DNA from: an uncultured Caulobacteraceae bacterium
GTDB lineage: Bacteria > Pseudomonadota > Alphaproteobacteria > Caulobacterales > Caulobacteraceae
DNA length: 64,000 bases
Assembly (NCBI GenBank): GCA_964242625.1
Contig: CAXTAO010000007.1
Coordinates: 7,484-71,483, forward strand
Direction: 5' to 3'
The notes under the pieces were generated by a model, which had not been told where the DNA came from, did no database searches, and saw only the letters and a program-made list of their open reading frames with translations. The position numbers were made by a program, and so were the translations under genes. Of this stretch, positions 8,973 to 17,809 are shown piece after piece. The first letter of the stretch is position 1. Every line of letters begins with the position of its first letter.

Positions 8973-11900
8973 ATGGAGACACCTGCGTCCTCGACGCCCG
9001 GGTTCGTGCCGATCTGCGCCATCGGCGCTTCGGCGGGAGGTGTCAGCGCGCTGCAGGCTCTGTTCCGGCAATTGCCCGGCGATCTGGGGCTGGCCTACGT
9101 CGTCATTCTCCACATGCCGCCCGACCAGCCAAGCGCGCTGAGCGAAATCCTGCAGGGTTGCACGAAATTGCCCGTGCACCAGGTCCGGGACAGCCCGACG
9201 CTGAAGCCGAACTGCGTCTATGTGATCGCCCCCGACAGCGAGCTCGTTGTTGAGGGAGATAGGATCAGCGCTCGCGATTTCGCGGACCCGCGGGGGCGAC
9301 GCGCGCCGATCGACGTCTTCTTCCGCTCGATCGCCGCCGGTCGTGGAGACGGCGTGGCGATCGTGCTCTCCGGGGCGGGGTCGGACGGCGCGACCGGCGT
9401 GCGGGCGATCAAGGAAGCCGGCGGCGTCGTCATGGTGCAAGAGCCGGCGGACGCCGACTTCGCGCCCATGCCCCAGAACGCGATCGCCACGGGCGTCGCC
9501 GACTTCATCGGCACGGTCGCGCATCTGGCCGAAAGCCTGGGTGAGGTGGCCCGCAGCAAGGAGGCCGTCCGCTCGCTGGACATGGACGGCGCGGCCAACG
9601 ACCTGCGCCGCATCATCGCTTTCCTGCGCAGCCGCACGGGCCACGACTTCTCCGGCTACAAGCGGGCCACGGTGATGCGCCGGGTCACGCGCCGGATGCA
9701 GGTCTGCCGAGCGCCCAGCCTGGGCGCCTACGCCGACTACCTGATGGTGACGCCGGAGGAGGCCAAGGAGCTTTTCTCCGACCTCCTGATCTCCGTGACC
9801 ATGTTCTTCCGCGACGCCCGGGCCTTCGAGGCGCTGGGGCGTCACGCGGTTGCGCACCTGTTCGAAGACCTCGAGTCGCTCGGCGACGAAGGCCTGCGGG
9901 CCTGGGTGGTGGGCTGCGCCACGGGCGAGGAGGCTTACAGCCTCACCATCCTGCTGCTGGAGGAAGCCTCTCGCCGACAGGTCGTCGTCCCGATCCAGGT
10001 GTTCGCCACGGACCTCGACGAGGGCGCGCTGGCCACCGCGCGGGAGGGCCGCTACCCCAAGTCCATCGAGGCCGACGTCTCCAGCGAGCGGCTCGCGCGC
10101 TTCTTCCTCGACGAGGGCACCCACTATCGGATCCGCAAGGAGGTCCGCGACGGCGTGCTGTTCGCCTCCCACAGCGTGCTGAAGGAGCCGCCGTTTATGC
10201 GGCTGGACCTGATCAGCTGCCGCAACCTCCTGATCTACCTGGAGCGCAACCTGCAGGAGCAGGTCTGCGCGGTGTTCCACTACGGCCTGAAGACGGGCCG
10301 CTACCTGTTCCTAGGCTCGGCGGAGACGGCCGACACCGTGGCCGACCTCTTCGCGCCCATCGACCGTGACGCCCGCCTCTACTCCGCGAAGCCGGACGCC
10401 TCGCCTGCGCTGCCGATCCTGCCCCAGTTTCCGACGCCCGAGCGCCTGCAGCTGCTCCGGTCCGCTACGCCCTTCCGCGAGCCGGGCGGAGCGTCGACAT
10501 CCCGGCATCTGCAAGCGCTCGAGACGAACGCGCCGCCGAGCGCGCTCGTCGACAGCGCCTACAACGTCCTGCACATCTCGGAGACGGCGGGTCGCTTCAT
10601 CCAGCACTCGGCCGGGCCGCTCTCCAGCCGGCTGCCCGCCGTGGTTCGACCCGAACTGCGCCTGGAACTTCAGCTGGCGCTCGCCAGGGCTCTCGAGCAG
10701 GGAACGCCCACGCTGACGCAGCCCGTGGCGGTGACGCTGGAGGGAACGCCCCGCCGATTGATGCTGTACGTGGCGCCGCGGACGACGCCTGAGGGGACCG
10801 ATCCCCAGGCCCTGGTCTTCTTCCTCGATGGAGGCCCGGCCGGCAAGGAAGAACTGGGGACGGAGGTCGAAGCCCGGCCCGAGCAGGTCCGCCGCCTTCA
10901 CGTCGAGCTCAAGTCGCTGCAGGAGGCGTTGGTGGCCAGTCGCAGCGGTCACGACGCCACCATCGAGGACCTGCGCGCCACCAACGAGGAGCTCCAGTCC
11001 ACCAATGAGGAATACCGATCAACCGCCGAGGAGCTCGAAACCTCGCGGGAGGAGCTCCAGTCCATCAACGAGGAACTTCGCACCGTCAATGCGGAGCTGA
11101 AGAACAAGCTGGAGGCCATCTCCAGCGCTCACGACGACCTGCAGAACCTGACAGCGGCGACTGAGATCGGAACGCTGTTCCTGGACGACGGCCTGCGCAT
11201 CCGTATGTTCACGCCACCGATCCACCAGCTATTCAACGTGACGCGGATGGATGTGGGTCGGGTCATCACCGACTTCACTCACCAGCTCGATCACGACGGC
11301 TTGGTTGAAGAGGCCCGGCGTGTGCTGGACGAGCTGACGCCCTCGGAGCGCGAGGTGCACACCCGGGCGGGCCGCTGGTACGTCATGCGCCTGCGCCCGT
11401 ACCGGACGGTGGAGAATCGCATCTCCGGCGTGGTGGTCACCTTCGTAGACATCACCACGCGTCGCGAGGCGCAGGCGGCGCTCGCCAAGTCGGAACAGCA
11501 GTTCCGCTCCCTGGTCGAGGCCAGCGCGCAGGTGATCTACCGCATGAACCCCGATTGGACGATCTTGCGTCAGCTGTCCGGGGGCGACATCCTGCCGGAC
11601 ATCGAGGAGCCCAGCGAGGACTGGTTCGACCGCTTCATCCCCGTACCGGAACGCGCCCGCGTGCGGAGCGCCATCGAAAATGCGGTCGAAACGAAGGGCC
11701 TGTTCGATTTCGAGCACCAGGTGGTCCGCATCGACGGCGGCGTGGGCTGGATGCACTCGCGCGCAATCCCGATGCTGAGCGATGACGGCGCCATCGCCGA
11801 GTGGTTCGGCTCCGGAACGGACGTGACGGGCAGGCGCGAGGCGGAGGCGGCGCTGCGCGACAGCGAGGAGCGACTGCGTTCGCTGATCGAGGGCGTGCCC

Positions 11901-12869
11901 CAGCTCATCTGGCGCGCTGACCGGTCCGGCGAATGGACCTGGTCGAGCCCGCAGTGGGACGCCTACACCGGCCTGGACGACGGCCGCACGCGCAGCTCAG
12001 GATGGCTGCTGGCGATCGACGCGGAGGACCGCGACCGCGTCCAGGAGGCCTGGTTCCGCGCGCTACGCACGCACCAGCTGCAGGTCGAGTGTCGCGTCGT
12101 CCGGCCGGACGGCGAGCGCTCGCGTTGGTTCAGCCTCAGGGCGGAGCCGCGCGTCGATGCGCAGGGTCAGGTCATCGAGTGGCTAGGCACCTTCACCGAC
12201 GTGGACGACCTCCATCGGCTGAAGGACCGGCAGCGCGTGCTCCTGCACGAGCTCCAGCATCGCGTACGCAACACGCTGGCGGTCGTCCGCTCGATCACCT
12301 CGCGCACCGAGGCGAACAGCGAAACCGTCGAGGACTTCGCCTCGCACCTCCAGGGCCGCATCAGCGCCCTCGCCCGGACGCAGGCGGTCCTGACCAGCGC
12401 CGTGAACGACGGCGTCGACCTGGAGAACCTCATCCGCGAGGAGTTGCTGGCCCAGGCGGCTCCGGACGATCAGGTCGTGGTGGAAGGCCTGGACGTTCTG
12501 CTGTCGGCGAAGGCGGCCGAGGTCGTGGCGCTCGCCGTGCACGAGCTCGCCACCAACGCCACCAAGTACGGCGCGCTCACCTCGCCGTCCGGCCGGGTCC
12601 GCGTCGTCTGGTCGATGATGAAGGACCAGGGCGAGACCTGGCTTAGCTTGTCCTGGACGGAGTCCGGCGTTCGCATCGTGGCGCCCGCGCCGCGGCGGGA
12701 GGGCTTCGGCACCGAACTCATCACGGCGCGGGTCCCCTACGAACTGCGGGGTCGAGGTTCGCTCGAGATACGCCCGGGTGGCGTGCACGCGGAGATCGCC
12801 TTCCCGTTGCGTCCGGGTGAGAGCATCCTGCAGACGCAGCCTCCCGTAGGGCTGGAGTTCGAGCGATGA
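8973..12869 (+). CDS. Multidomain CheB methylesterase / CheR methyltransferase / coiled coil / PAS / HWE-type histidine kinase fusion
   Basis: N-terminus ICAIGASAGGVSALQALFRQLPGD (CheB-type). CheR-like region LRAWVVGCATGEEAYSL...ISCRNLLIYL. NEEL-rich coiled coil. PAS regions. HWE/HisKA_2 H-box LLHELQHRVRNTLAVVRSI and an ATPase region. ATG at 8973 is in frame with the TTG at 8964. Confidence 0.9.
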   Translation: METPASSTPGFVPICAIGASAGGVSALQALFRQLPGDLGLAYVVILHMPPDQPSALSEILQGCTKLPVHQVRDSPTLKPNCVYVIAPDSELVVEGDRISARDFADPRGRRAPIDVFFRSIAAGRGDGVAIVLSGAGSDGATGVRAIKEAGGVVMVQEPADADFAPMPQNAIATGVADFIGTVAHLAESLGEVARSKEAVRSLDMDGAANDLRRIIAFLRSRTGHDFSGYKRATVMRRVTRRMQVCRAPSLGAYADYLMVTPEEAKELFSDLLISVTMFFRDARAFEALGRHAVAHLFEDLESLGDEGLRAWVVGCATGEEAYSLTILLLEEASRRQVVVPIQVFATDLDEGALATAREGRYPKSIEADVSSERLARFFLDEGTHYRIRKEVRDGVLFASHSVLKEPPFMRLDLISCRNLLIYLERNLQEQVCAVFHYGLKTGRYLFLGSAETADTVADLFAPIDRDARLYSAKPDASPALPILPQFPTPERLQLLRSATPFREPGGASTSRHLQALETNAPPSALVDSAYNVLHISETAGRFIQHSAGPLSSRLPAVVRPELRLELQLALARALEQGTPTLTQPVAVTLEGTPRRLMLYVAPRTTPEGTDPQALVFFLDGGPAGKEELGTEVEARPEQVRRLHVELKSLQEALVASRSGHDATIEDLRATNEELQSTNEEYRSTAEELETSREELQSINEELRTVNAELKNKLEAISSAHDDLQNLTAATEIGTLFLDDGLRIRMFTPPIHQLFNVTRMDVGRVITDFTHQLDHDGLVEEARRVLDELTPSEREVHTRAGRWYVMRLRPYRTVENRISGVVVTFVDITTRREAQAALAKSEQQFRSLVEASAQVIYRMNPDWTILRQLSGGDILPDIEEPSEDWFDRFIPVPERARVRSAIENAVETKGLFDFEHQVVRIDGGVGWMHSRAIPMLSDDGAIAEWFGSGTDVTGRREAEAALRDSEERLRSLIEGVPQLIWRADRSGEWTWSSPQWDAYTGLDDGRTRSSGWLLAIDAEDRDRVQEAWFRALRTHQLQVECRVVRPDGERSRWFSLRAEPRVDAQGQVIEWLGTFTDVDDLHRLKDRQRVLLHELQHRVRNTLAVVRSITSRTEANSETVEDFASHLQGRISALARTQAVLTSAVNDGVDLENLIREELLAQAAPDDQVVVEGLDVLLSAKAAEVVALAVHELATNATKYGALTSPSGRVRVVWSMMKDQGETWLSLSWTESGVRIVAPAPRREGFGTELITARVPYELRGRGSLEIRPGGVHAEIAFPLRPGESILQTQPPVGLEFER

Positions 12870-13240
12870 CGGACCTGAGCGACCGCACCGTCCTTGTCGT
12901 CGAGGACGAATACTACTTGGCCGCCGACGTGTCCGCCGCGATCGCGCGGCAGGGCGCAAAGGTGCTCGGCCCATGCGCCGACCACCGCGAGGCGCTTCGC
13001 CTCCTGCAGGCGCGACGGCCTGACTGCGCGGTGCTCGACGTCAACCTCGGACAGGGTCCGGGCTTCGACGTGGCCGACCGGCTCCGCGATCTCGGCGTGC
13101 CGTTCTTGTTCTTCACCGGCTACGACCGCGAGAACATCCCTGCGCGCTTCGCCGACGTGACGCGGCTCGAGAAGCCGGTGACCGACACGCGGCTTCTCGA
13201 ACTTGTCGCGCGGCTGTGCGCAACCGCCGAAGCGAGCTAA
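12866..13240 (+). CDS. Single-domain response regulator
   Basis: ATGA start/stop overlap with the upstream kinase. TVLVVEDEYYLAADV...AVLDVNLG...FLFFTGY receiver signature. Confidence 0.88.
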   Translation: MTDLSDRTVLVVEDEYYLAADVSAAIARQGAKVLGPCADHREALRLLQARRPDCAVLDVNLGQGPGFDVADRLRDLGVPFLFFTGYDRENIPARFADVTRLEKPVTDTRLLELVARLCATAEAS

Positions 13241-13302
13241 CAATAGTTGTGGCCGCGTCCCCCGTTTCTGAACGACAAGTTCATCAGGCGAAGGGGCGAC
13301 CG

Positions 13303-14034
13303 ATGGACCGCAGGCTGCCGCCTCGCGACACTAAGATCGAACATGCCGAGCCGGTGCTGAGCCGCCTGTCGACGGGCGGCGAGCTTCCGGAGCCTATCGT
13401 GGCCAAGGTTCGCGCGGCGGCCGTGCGGGTGGAGCATGCGCCCGCCAGAACCGTGCTTCAGGTCGAGGACCAGGCGCAGCGCCAGCCGCGCTGGCTGGTC
13501 TCCGGGTGGGCGTGCCGGCAGCGCCTTCTCGCCGACGGACGACGCCTGATCTTCGACCTAGTCTTGCCGGGCGAGGGCGTGGGCGTGTGCATGAGGCCCT
13601 GGCCACGGGCCATGACCACCACCGTGGCCTTGATCCCCGTGCAGTTGATCGACGCCCGCGAGTTCATCCGACCGGAGGTGCTGGAGGCGCAGCCCGCGCT
13701 CGCAGCGGCGCTGCAGCGGGCCGCCGAGGAGGACGGTCGCCGCCTGCTCCGGCATACGCTCCGCCTCGGCCGCATGAGCGCGCTGGAGCGGACGGCCGAC
13801 CTGTTCCTCGAATTGTACGAGCGACTGGCCGCCGTGGCCCTGACGCAGGGTGGGCGCTTTCCGATGCCGCTCACGCAGGAGATCCTGTCTGACACACTGG
13901 GCCTCAGCGTCGTGCACGTGAACCGCACGCTTCAGGAGCTCCGCCGCCGCAACATGGTCAGCTTCGAACGCGGCTGGGTGCATCTGCCGGAGCGCGAGCG
14001 ACTGGCCGCCCTTGCGGGCTCGTCCGCCTTCTGA
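13303..14034 (+). CDS. Crp/Fnr family transcriptional regulator
   Basis: I prefer the internal ATG at 13303 after GAAGGGG. HTH FPMPLTQEILSDTLGLSVVHVNRTLQELRRRNMV. Confidence 0.85.
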   Translation: MDRRLPPRDTKIEHAEPVLSRLSTGGELPEPIVAKVRAAAVRVEHAPARTVLQVEDQAQRQPRWLVSGWACRQRLLADGRRLIFDLVLPGEGVGVCMRPWPRAMTTTVALIPVQLIDAREFIRPEVLEAQPALAAALQRAAEEDGRRLLRHTLRLGRMSALERTADLFLELYERLAAVALTQGGRFPMPLTQEILSDTLGLSVVHVNRTLQELRRRNMVSFERGWVHLPERERLAALAGSSAF

Positions 14035-14054
14035 GCGGGTCGGGACGGTTGAGC

Positions 14055-15032
14055 ATGGAACGAAGAGACGTCGTCGCGTTGGGCGCTTCCGCGGGGGGCG
14101 TCGAGGCGCTGAAGCACATCTGCTCCCAGCTGCCCGGCGATCTCGCCGCGACGATGTTCGTGGTGATGCATGTCGGCGCCGAGGGGCGCAATCTCCTGCC
14201 GGAAATCCTGAGCGCTTACGGCTCCCTGCCCGCGCGCCTGGCCGCGGACGGCGACCGCGTCGAGCAGGGCTGCATCTACGTGGCGCCGGGCGACCGGCAC
14301 CTGCTCGTCATCGACGGCTTCATCCGGCTGGGGCGGGGGCCGCGGGAGAACCTGACGCGGCCGGCGGTCGACCCTCTCTTGCGATCCGTGGGCGCCAGCT
14401 ACGGGCCCCGCGCGATCGGCGTCGTGCTCACCGGGCGTTTGAACGACGGGGCCGCGGGGCTGGCCGACCTGAAGCGGTGCGGCGGGGTCACGGTGGTCCA
14501 GAGCCCAACCGACGCGGAGGCGCCCGACATGCCCGCAAGCGCCCTGCAGGCGACCGACGTCGACCATCGCGCGTCCCTGTCCGGCATGCCGACGCTCCTG
14601 ATGGAGCTCCTGCGCGAACCAGCGGGCCCGCGCCCCCCTGTCCCGAGGTCCGTCGAGTTGGAGATCGACATCGCCCTTGGCCGCCCATGCCTGACCAGCA
14701 CGATCGCCCAACTCGCCGACCCGGCGCCCCTGTCGTGTCCGGCCTGCTCGGGCGTGCTCTCGCAGATCCGCGGCTCCTTCCCGCTCCGCTTTCGATGCCA
14801 GGTCGGTCACGCCTACACGGCCGAGGCGCTCGAGGCCGTTCAGAACGACGGAGTGGACGAGGCGCTCCGCGTCGCCCTGCGGATCATCGAGGAGCGCGCC
14901 GTCCTGTCCGAGAAGCTGGCCGCCGAGGCCCGCCAGAGCGGGCGCGAGTTCAGCGCCACGCACTTCGCCGACCGCGCCGCGGAGATGCGCCGCTACGCCG
15001 ACACGATCCGGCAAGTCGCCCTCCGCAGCTAA
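14055..15032 (+). CDS. CheB-type methylesterase domain protein without receiver, with a C-terminal Cys/His ribbon-like extension
   Basis: VVALGASAGGVEALKHICSQLPGD, RPAVDPLLRS and GRLNDGAAGL are CheB catalytic-domain motifs. C-terminal segment SCPACSGVL...RFRCQVGHAY. Confidence 0.85.
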   Translation: MERRDVVALGASAGGVEALKHICSQLPGDLAATMFVVMHVGAEGRNLLPEILSAYGSLPARLAADGDRVEQGCIYVAPGDRHLLVIDGFIRLGRGPRENLTRPAVDPLLRSVGASYGPRAIGVVLTGRLNDGAAGLADLKRCGGVTVVQSPTDAEAPDMPASALQATDVDHRASLSGMPTLLMELLREPAGPRPPVPRSVELEIDIALGRPCLTSTIAQLADPAPLSCPACSGVLSQIRGSFPLRFRCQVGHAYTAEALEAVQNDGVDEALRVALRIIEERAVLSEKLAAEARQSGREFSATHFADRAAEMRRYADTIRQVALRS

Positions 15033-15398
15033 GCACCTTCTCTAGCGCTACGGTTCGCCGCGCTCTCCCTCCGTCCTTCTCGACCTTTGGAATGGGGTGA
15101 CGTGGCCGCCGGGATTGACCGCCAGCGGCTTGCGGCGCTTGCTCAGCTCGCACTGTAAGGTCCGGCTTCCGGAGCGACGCTGATGCCCGCTCCTGGCGCG
15201 ACCTCGCCTTTGCTGACCCGTCGCGCAGCTCCACCGACCATCTGCACGGAACTGCCCTGCTCGGGTCCAGATCGCTCACTTCGCCATGTCGCGCCTACAG
15301 TCGCGAAGGTTGCACGCCGCTAGGTCCTCCGTCCTCATGCGAGAACGCAAGCTGATCACTCACGACGCGACACCCTCGGCTCTGCGGACGGACGCCCG

Positions 15399-16085
15399 AT
15401 GATCCGCTGGGTTCAGCTGGCCGACGCTCGCGCGCCTGGGGGTGCGCAACTCAGGCTCATGCAGCGCGGGGACGAGTTCTCGATCACGGTGGGCGCCGAG
15501 GAGCTGATGAACAGCCGGCGGGGAGGTTCGGAGACGGCGCTGGGCGATCTCGCCTGCCGCGGGCTGCGCGATGCGGCGAGGTCGAGAGTGCTGATCGGCG
15601 GACTGGGGATGGGCTTCACCCTGCGCGCGGTTCTCGCCGCGCTCGGTCCCCAGGCCGAGATCACCGTCGCCGAGCTCGTGCCGGAGGTCATTGTTTGGGC
15701 GCGAGGCCCACTCGCCGGGGTCTTCGACGCAAGCCTGGACGACCCCCGCGTCGAGCTCGTTCAGGGTGATGTGGCGTCGCTGATCGGCATGGCGCAGACG
15801 GCTTACGACGCCATCGTCCTGGACGTCGACAACGGGCCGGACGGGCTGGTCCAGTCGGCGAACGACGGGCTCTACGGGCCTCAAGGGCTCGCAGCCGCCC
15901 GGCGGGCGCTGAGGCCCGACGGGGTGCTGGCGATCTGGTCGGCGACCCACAACGCCGCCTTCACACGCCGCCTCACCACGGCGGGCTTCTCGGTTCAGGA
16001 GCACACAGCCCGGAGCGGAGGAAGGAACGGCGGAGTCAGACACCTGATCTGGCTGGCAAGCCCTGCGCGCGCGACGGTCCGCTGA
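15399..16085 (+). CDS. Spermidine synthase-like SAM-dependent methyltransferase
   Basis: VLIGGLGMGFTLRAVL...VAELVPEVI...GDV...YDAIVLDVDNGPD...LY...L.PDGVLAIWS matches the PABS/spermine-synthase-like fold pattern. Confidence 0.75.
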   Translation: MIRWVQLADARAPGGAQLRLMQRGDEFSITVGAEELMNSRRGGSETALGDLACRGLRDAARSRVLIGGLGMGFTLRAVLAALGPQAEITVAELVPEVIVWARGPLAGVFDASLDDPRVELVQGDVASLIGMAQTAYDAIVLDVDNGPDGLVQSANDGLYGPQGLAAARRALRPDGVLAIWSATHNAAFTRRLTTAGFSVQEHTARSGGRNGGVRHLIWLASPARATVR

Positions 16086-16437
16086 GACCCACAACCCGTG
16101 CGGGGCGGGGAGGGCTCTGGCGAGCGACAGTGTGCATGCGCTGGACCAGCTCCCGCCGCAGGTCGGGCGCTTCGTGATCGATGAAGGCGGGTAGGACGCC
16201 CGTTCGTCTAGGCTGGGCGCCGAACACGATCTGCACCGGGGTAGGCTCGGGCTCGAAGCGTCTGCGCACCGTGACCAGCCGTCCGGCCCTGAGGTGATCG
16301 GCCACCCGGTAGGGGAAGGCTCGGCGTAGCCCGGCGCCACGGACCGGGCCGAACAGCTCCGAAGCGGTCAATGTGACGGAGCCCGCCAGTTCTGTGACGA
16401 ACCCGGAGAACCCGTGAAGGCTGGACGTGGGGTCCAC
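16036..16437 (-). pseudogene. LysR-family regulator remnant (C-terminal substrate-binding portion only; no HTH)
   Basis: LTASELFGPVRGAGLRRAFPYRVADHLRAGRLVTV...EPEPTPVQIVFGAQPRRTGVLPAFIDH aligns by eye with the C-terminus of the intact LysR at 23965-24936. The roughly 200 aa of N-terminal sequence expected in a LysR protein are missing. The next gene starts 60 nt beyond its 5' end. Confidence 0.5.
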
Positions 16438-16497
16438 CTCCGGCGTTAAGCGGAGTCGCTCGGGCTGATCCGATGCGTCCTACATGGGGCTCCGTTC

Positions 16498-17478
16498 ATG
16501 CGCCTGATCGCGATCGAAGAGCACATCCTGCCGCCCGACGTGCGGGACGCGTGGGCCGCCGCGCCGCCCCCGCACGATCCTGTGTCGGCCGTCGCCGACG
16601 GCGGCGAGATCGGCGACCGCTTGGCCGACCTGGGCGAGGGCCGGCTCGCGCTGATGGACGAGCAGGGCGTCGACGTTCAGGTGCTCTCCCTGACCACGCC
16701 GGGGCTGCACAACCTGGAGCCCGGCCCGGCCGTCGAGCTGGCCCGGCGCACCAACGACCTCATCGCGAACGCGTGCGCGCGACGGCCCGATCGCTTCCAA
16801 GGCTTCGCCGCCCTGCCCACGCCCGATCCCGACGCCGCCCCGCGCGAGCTGGAGCGCGCCGTCCGCGAGCTGGGGCTCAAGGGCGCGCTCCTGTGCGGGC
16901 GCACGCGCGAGCGCCACCTGGACCACCCTGCCTTGCGACCACTGCTGGCCAAGGCGGCCGAGCTCGGCGCGCCGCTCTTCATCCACCCGCAGACGCCTGC
17001 GCCCGCGGTGCGCGAGGCGATCTATTCGGGGATCGGCGACAAGGCGGACCTCGCGCTCGCCGCCTTCGGCCTGGGCTGGCACTACGAGGCGGGGCTGGAG
17101 TGGGTGCGCCTCGCCGCGGCGGGCGTGTTCGACGAGTTGCCGCACCTGCAGGTGATCCTGGGCCACTGGGGCGAGGTGGTGCTGTTCTACCTGGAGCGGA
17201 CGGGAGCCGTGCTGGAACGCGTGCTGGAGCTGAAGCGGCCGCTCGCCGCGTGCGCGCGCACTAATCTGTACGTCACAGGCAGTGGAATGTGGAGCGAGAC
17301 CTACCTGCGGCGCTGCATCGAGATCGTGGGCTCCGACAGGCTGCTGTTCTCGACCGACTATCCCTACCAGTACCGGCCCGGCGGGGCGGCCCGGCGCTTC
17401 CTCGAAGCGGCCCCGCTGGACGACGCTGCGCGCAAGGCGCTGGCCCACGGCAATTGGGACCGGCTGACGGCGGCTTAG
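16498..17478 (+). CDS. Amidohydrolase-2 (ACMSD/TIM-barrel metal-dependent hydrolase) family protein
   Basis: MRLIAIEEH..., VDVQVLS, RF.GFAALP, ELGLKGALL, LFIHP and FSTDYPY are motifs typical of PF04909-type amidohydrolases. Confidence 0.8.
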   Translation: MRLIAIEEHILPPDVRDAWAAAPPPHDPVSAVADGGEIGDRLADLGEGRLALMDEQGVDVQVLSLTTPGLHNLEPGPAVELARRTNDLIANACARRPDRFQGFAALPTPDPDAAPRELERAVRELGLKGALLCGRTRERHLDHPALRPLLAKAAELGAPLFIHPQTPAPAVREAIYSGIGDKADLALAAFGLGWHYEAGLEWVRLAAAGVFDELPHLQVILGHWGEVVLFYLERTGAVLERVLELKRPLAACARTNLYVTGSGMWSETYLRRCIEIVGSDRLLFSTDYPYQYRPGGAARRFLEAAPLDDAARKALAHGNWDRLTAA

Positions 17479-17560
17479 CACTAACCGCCCATGTCGACCG
17501 CGCGCCCATCGTCGTCGCCTGCGCGTTGGAGCGGATGACCCCAGGCCAAGGAAAACCGCC

Positions 17561-17788
17561 GTGCGAAATCTTCTGTTGCTCGCCGCTGCAGCCGCGGGCT
17601 TTTGCGCCTGCAGCCGACCGGCGTCCGGTCGTCTTTCGGCCGACCTGTCGCGTGACTCGGGGGTGAGCGGGGCGGGAACCGGCCCCTCCACGCGGGTGGC
17701 GCTCGCCCCCTCCCCGGGGCCGAACAGCCGCGCGCCGAACGACAGCGCCCAGAACAACAACGGCCCGAACGCGGGCGGACCGCACTAG
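17561..17788 (+). CDS. Small putative lipoprotein / secreted low-complexity protein
   Basis: AAGGA SD before the GTG start. N-terminus RNLLLLAAAAAGFCAC resembles a lipoprotein signal. The remainder is Gly/Ser/Pro/Asn-rich. Confidence 0.4.
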   Translation: MRNLLLLAAAAAGFCACSRPASGRLSADLSRDSGVSGAGTGPSTRVALAPSPGPNSRAPNDSAQNNNGPNAGGPH

Positions 17789-17809
17789 GCGCAGCCGTCA
17801 TCGGATGGG

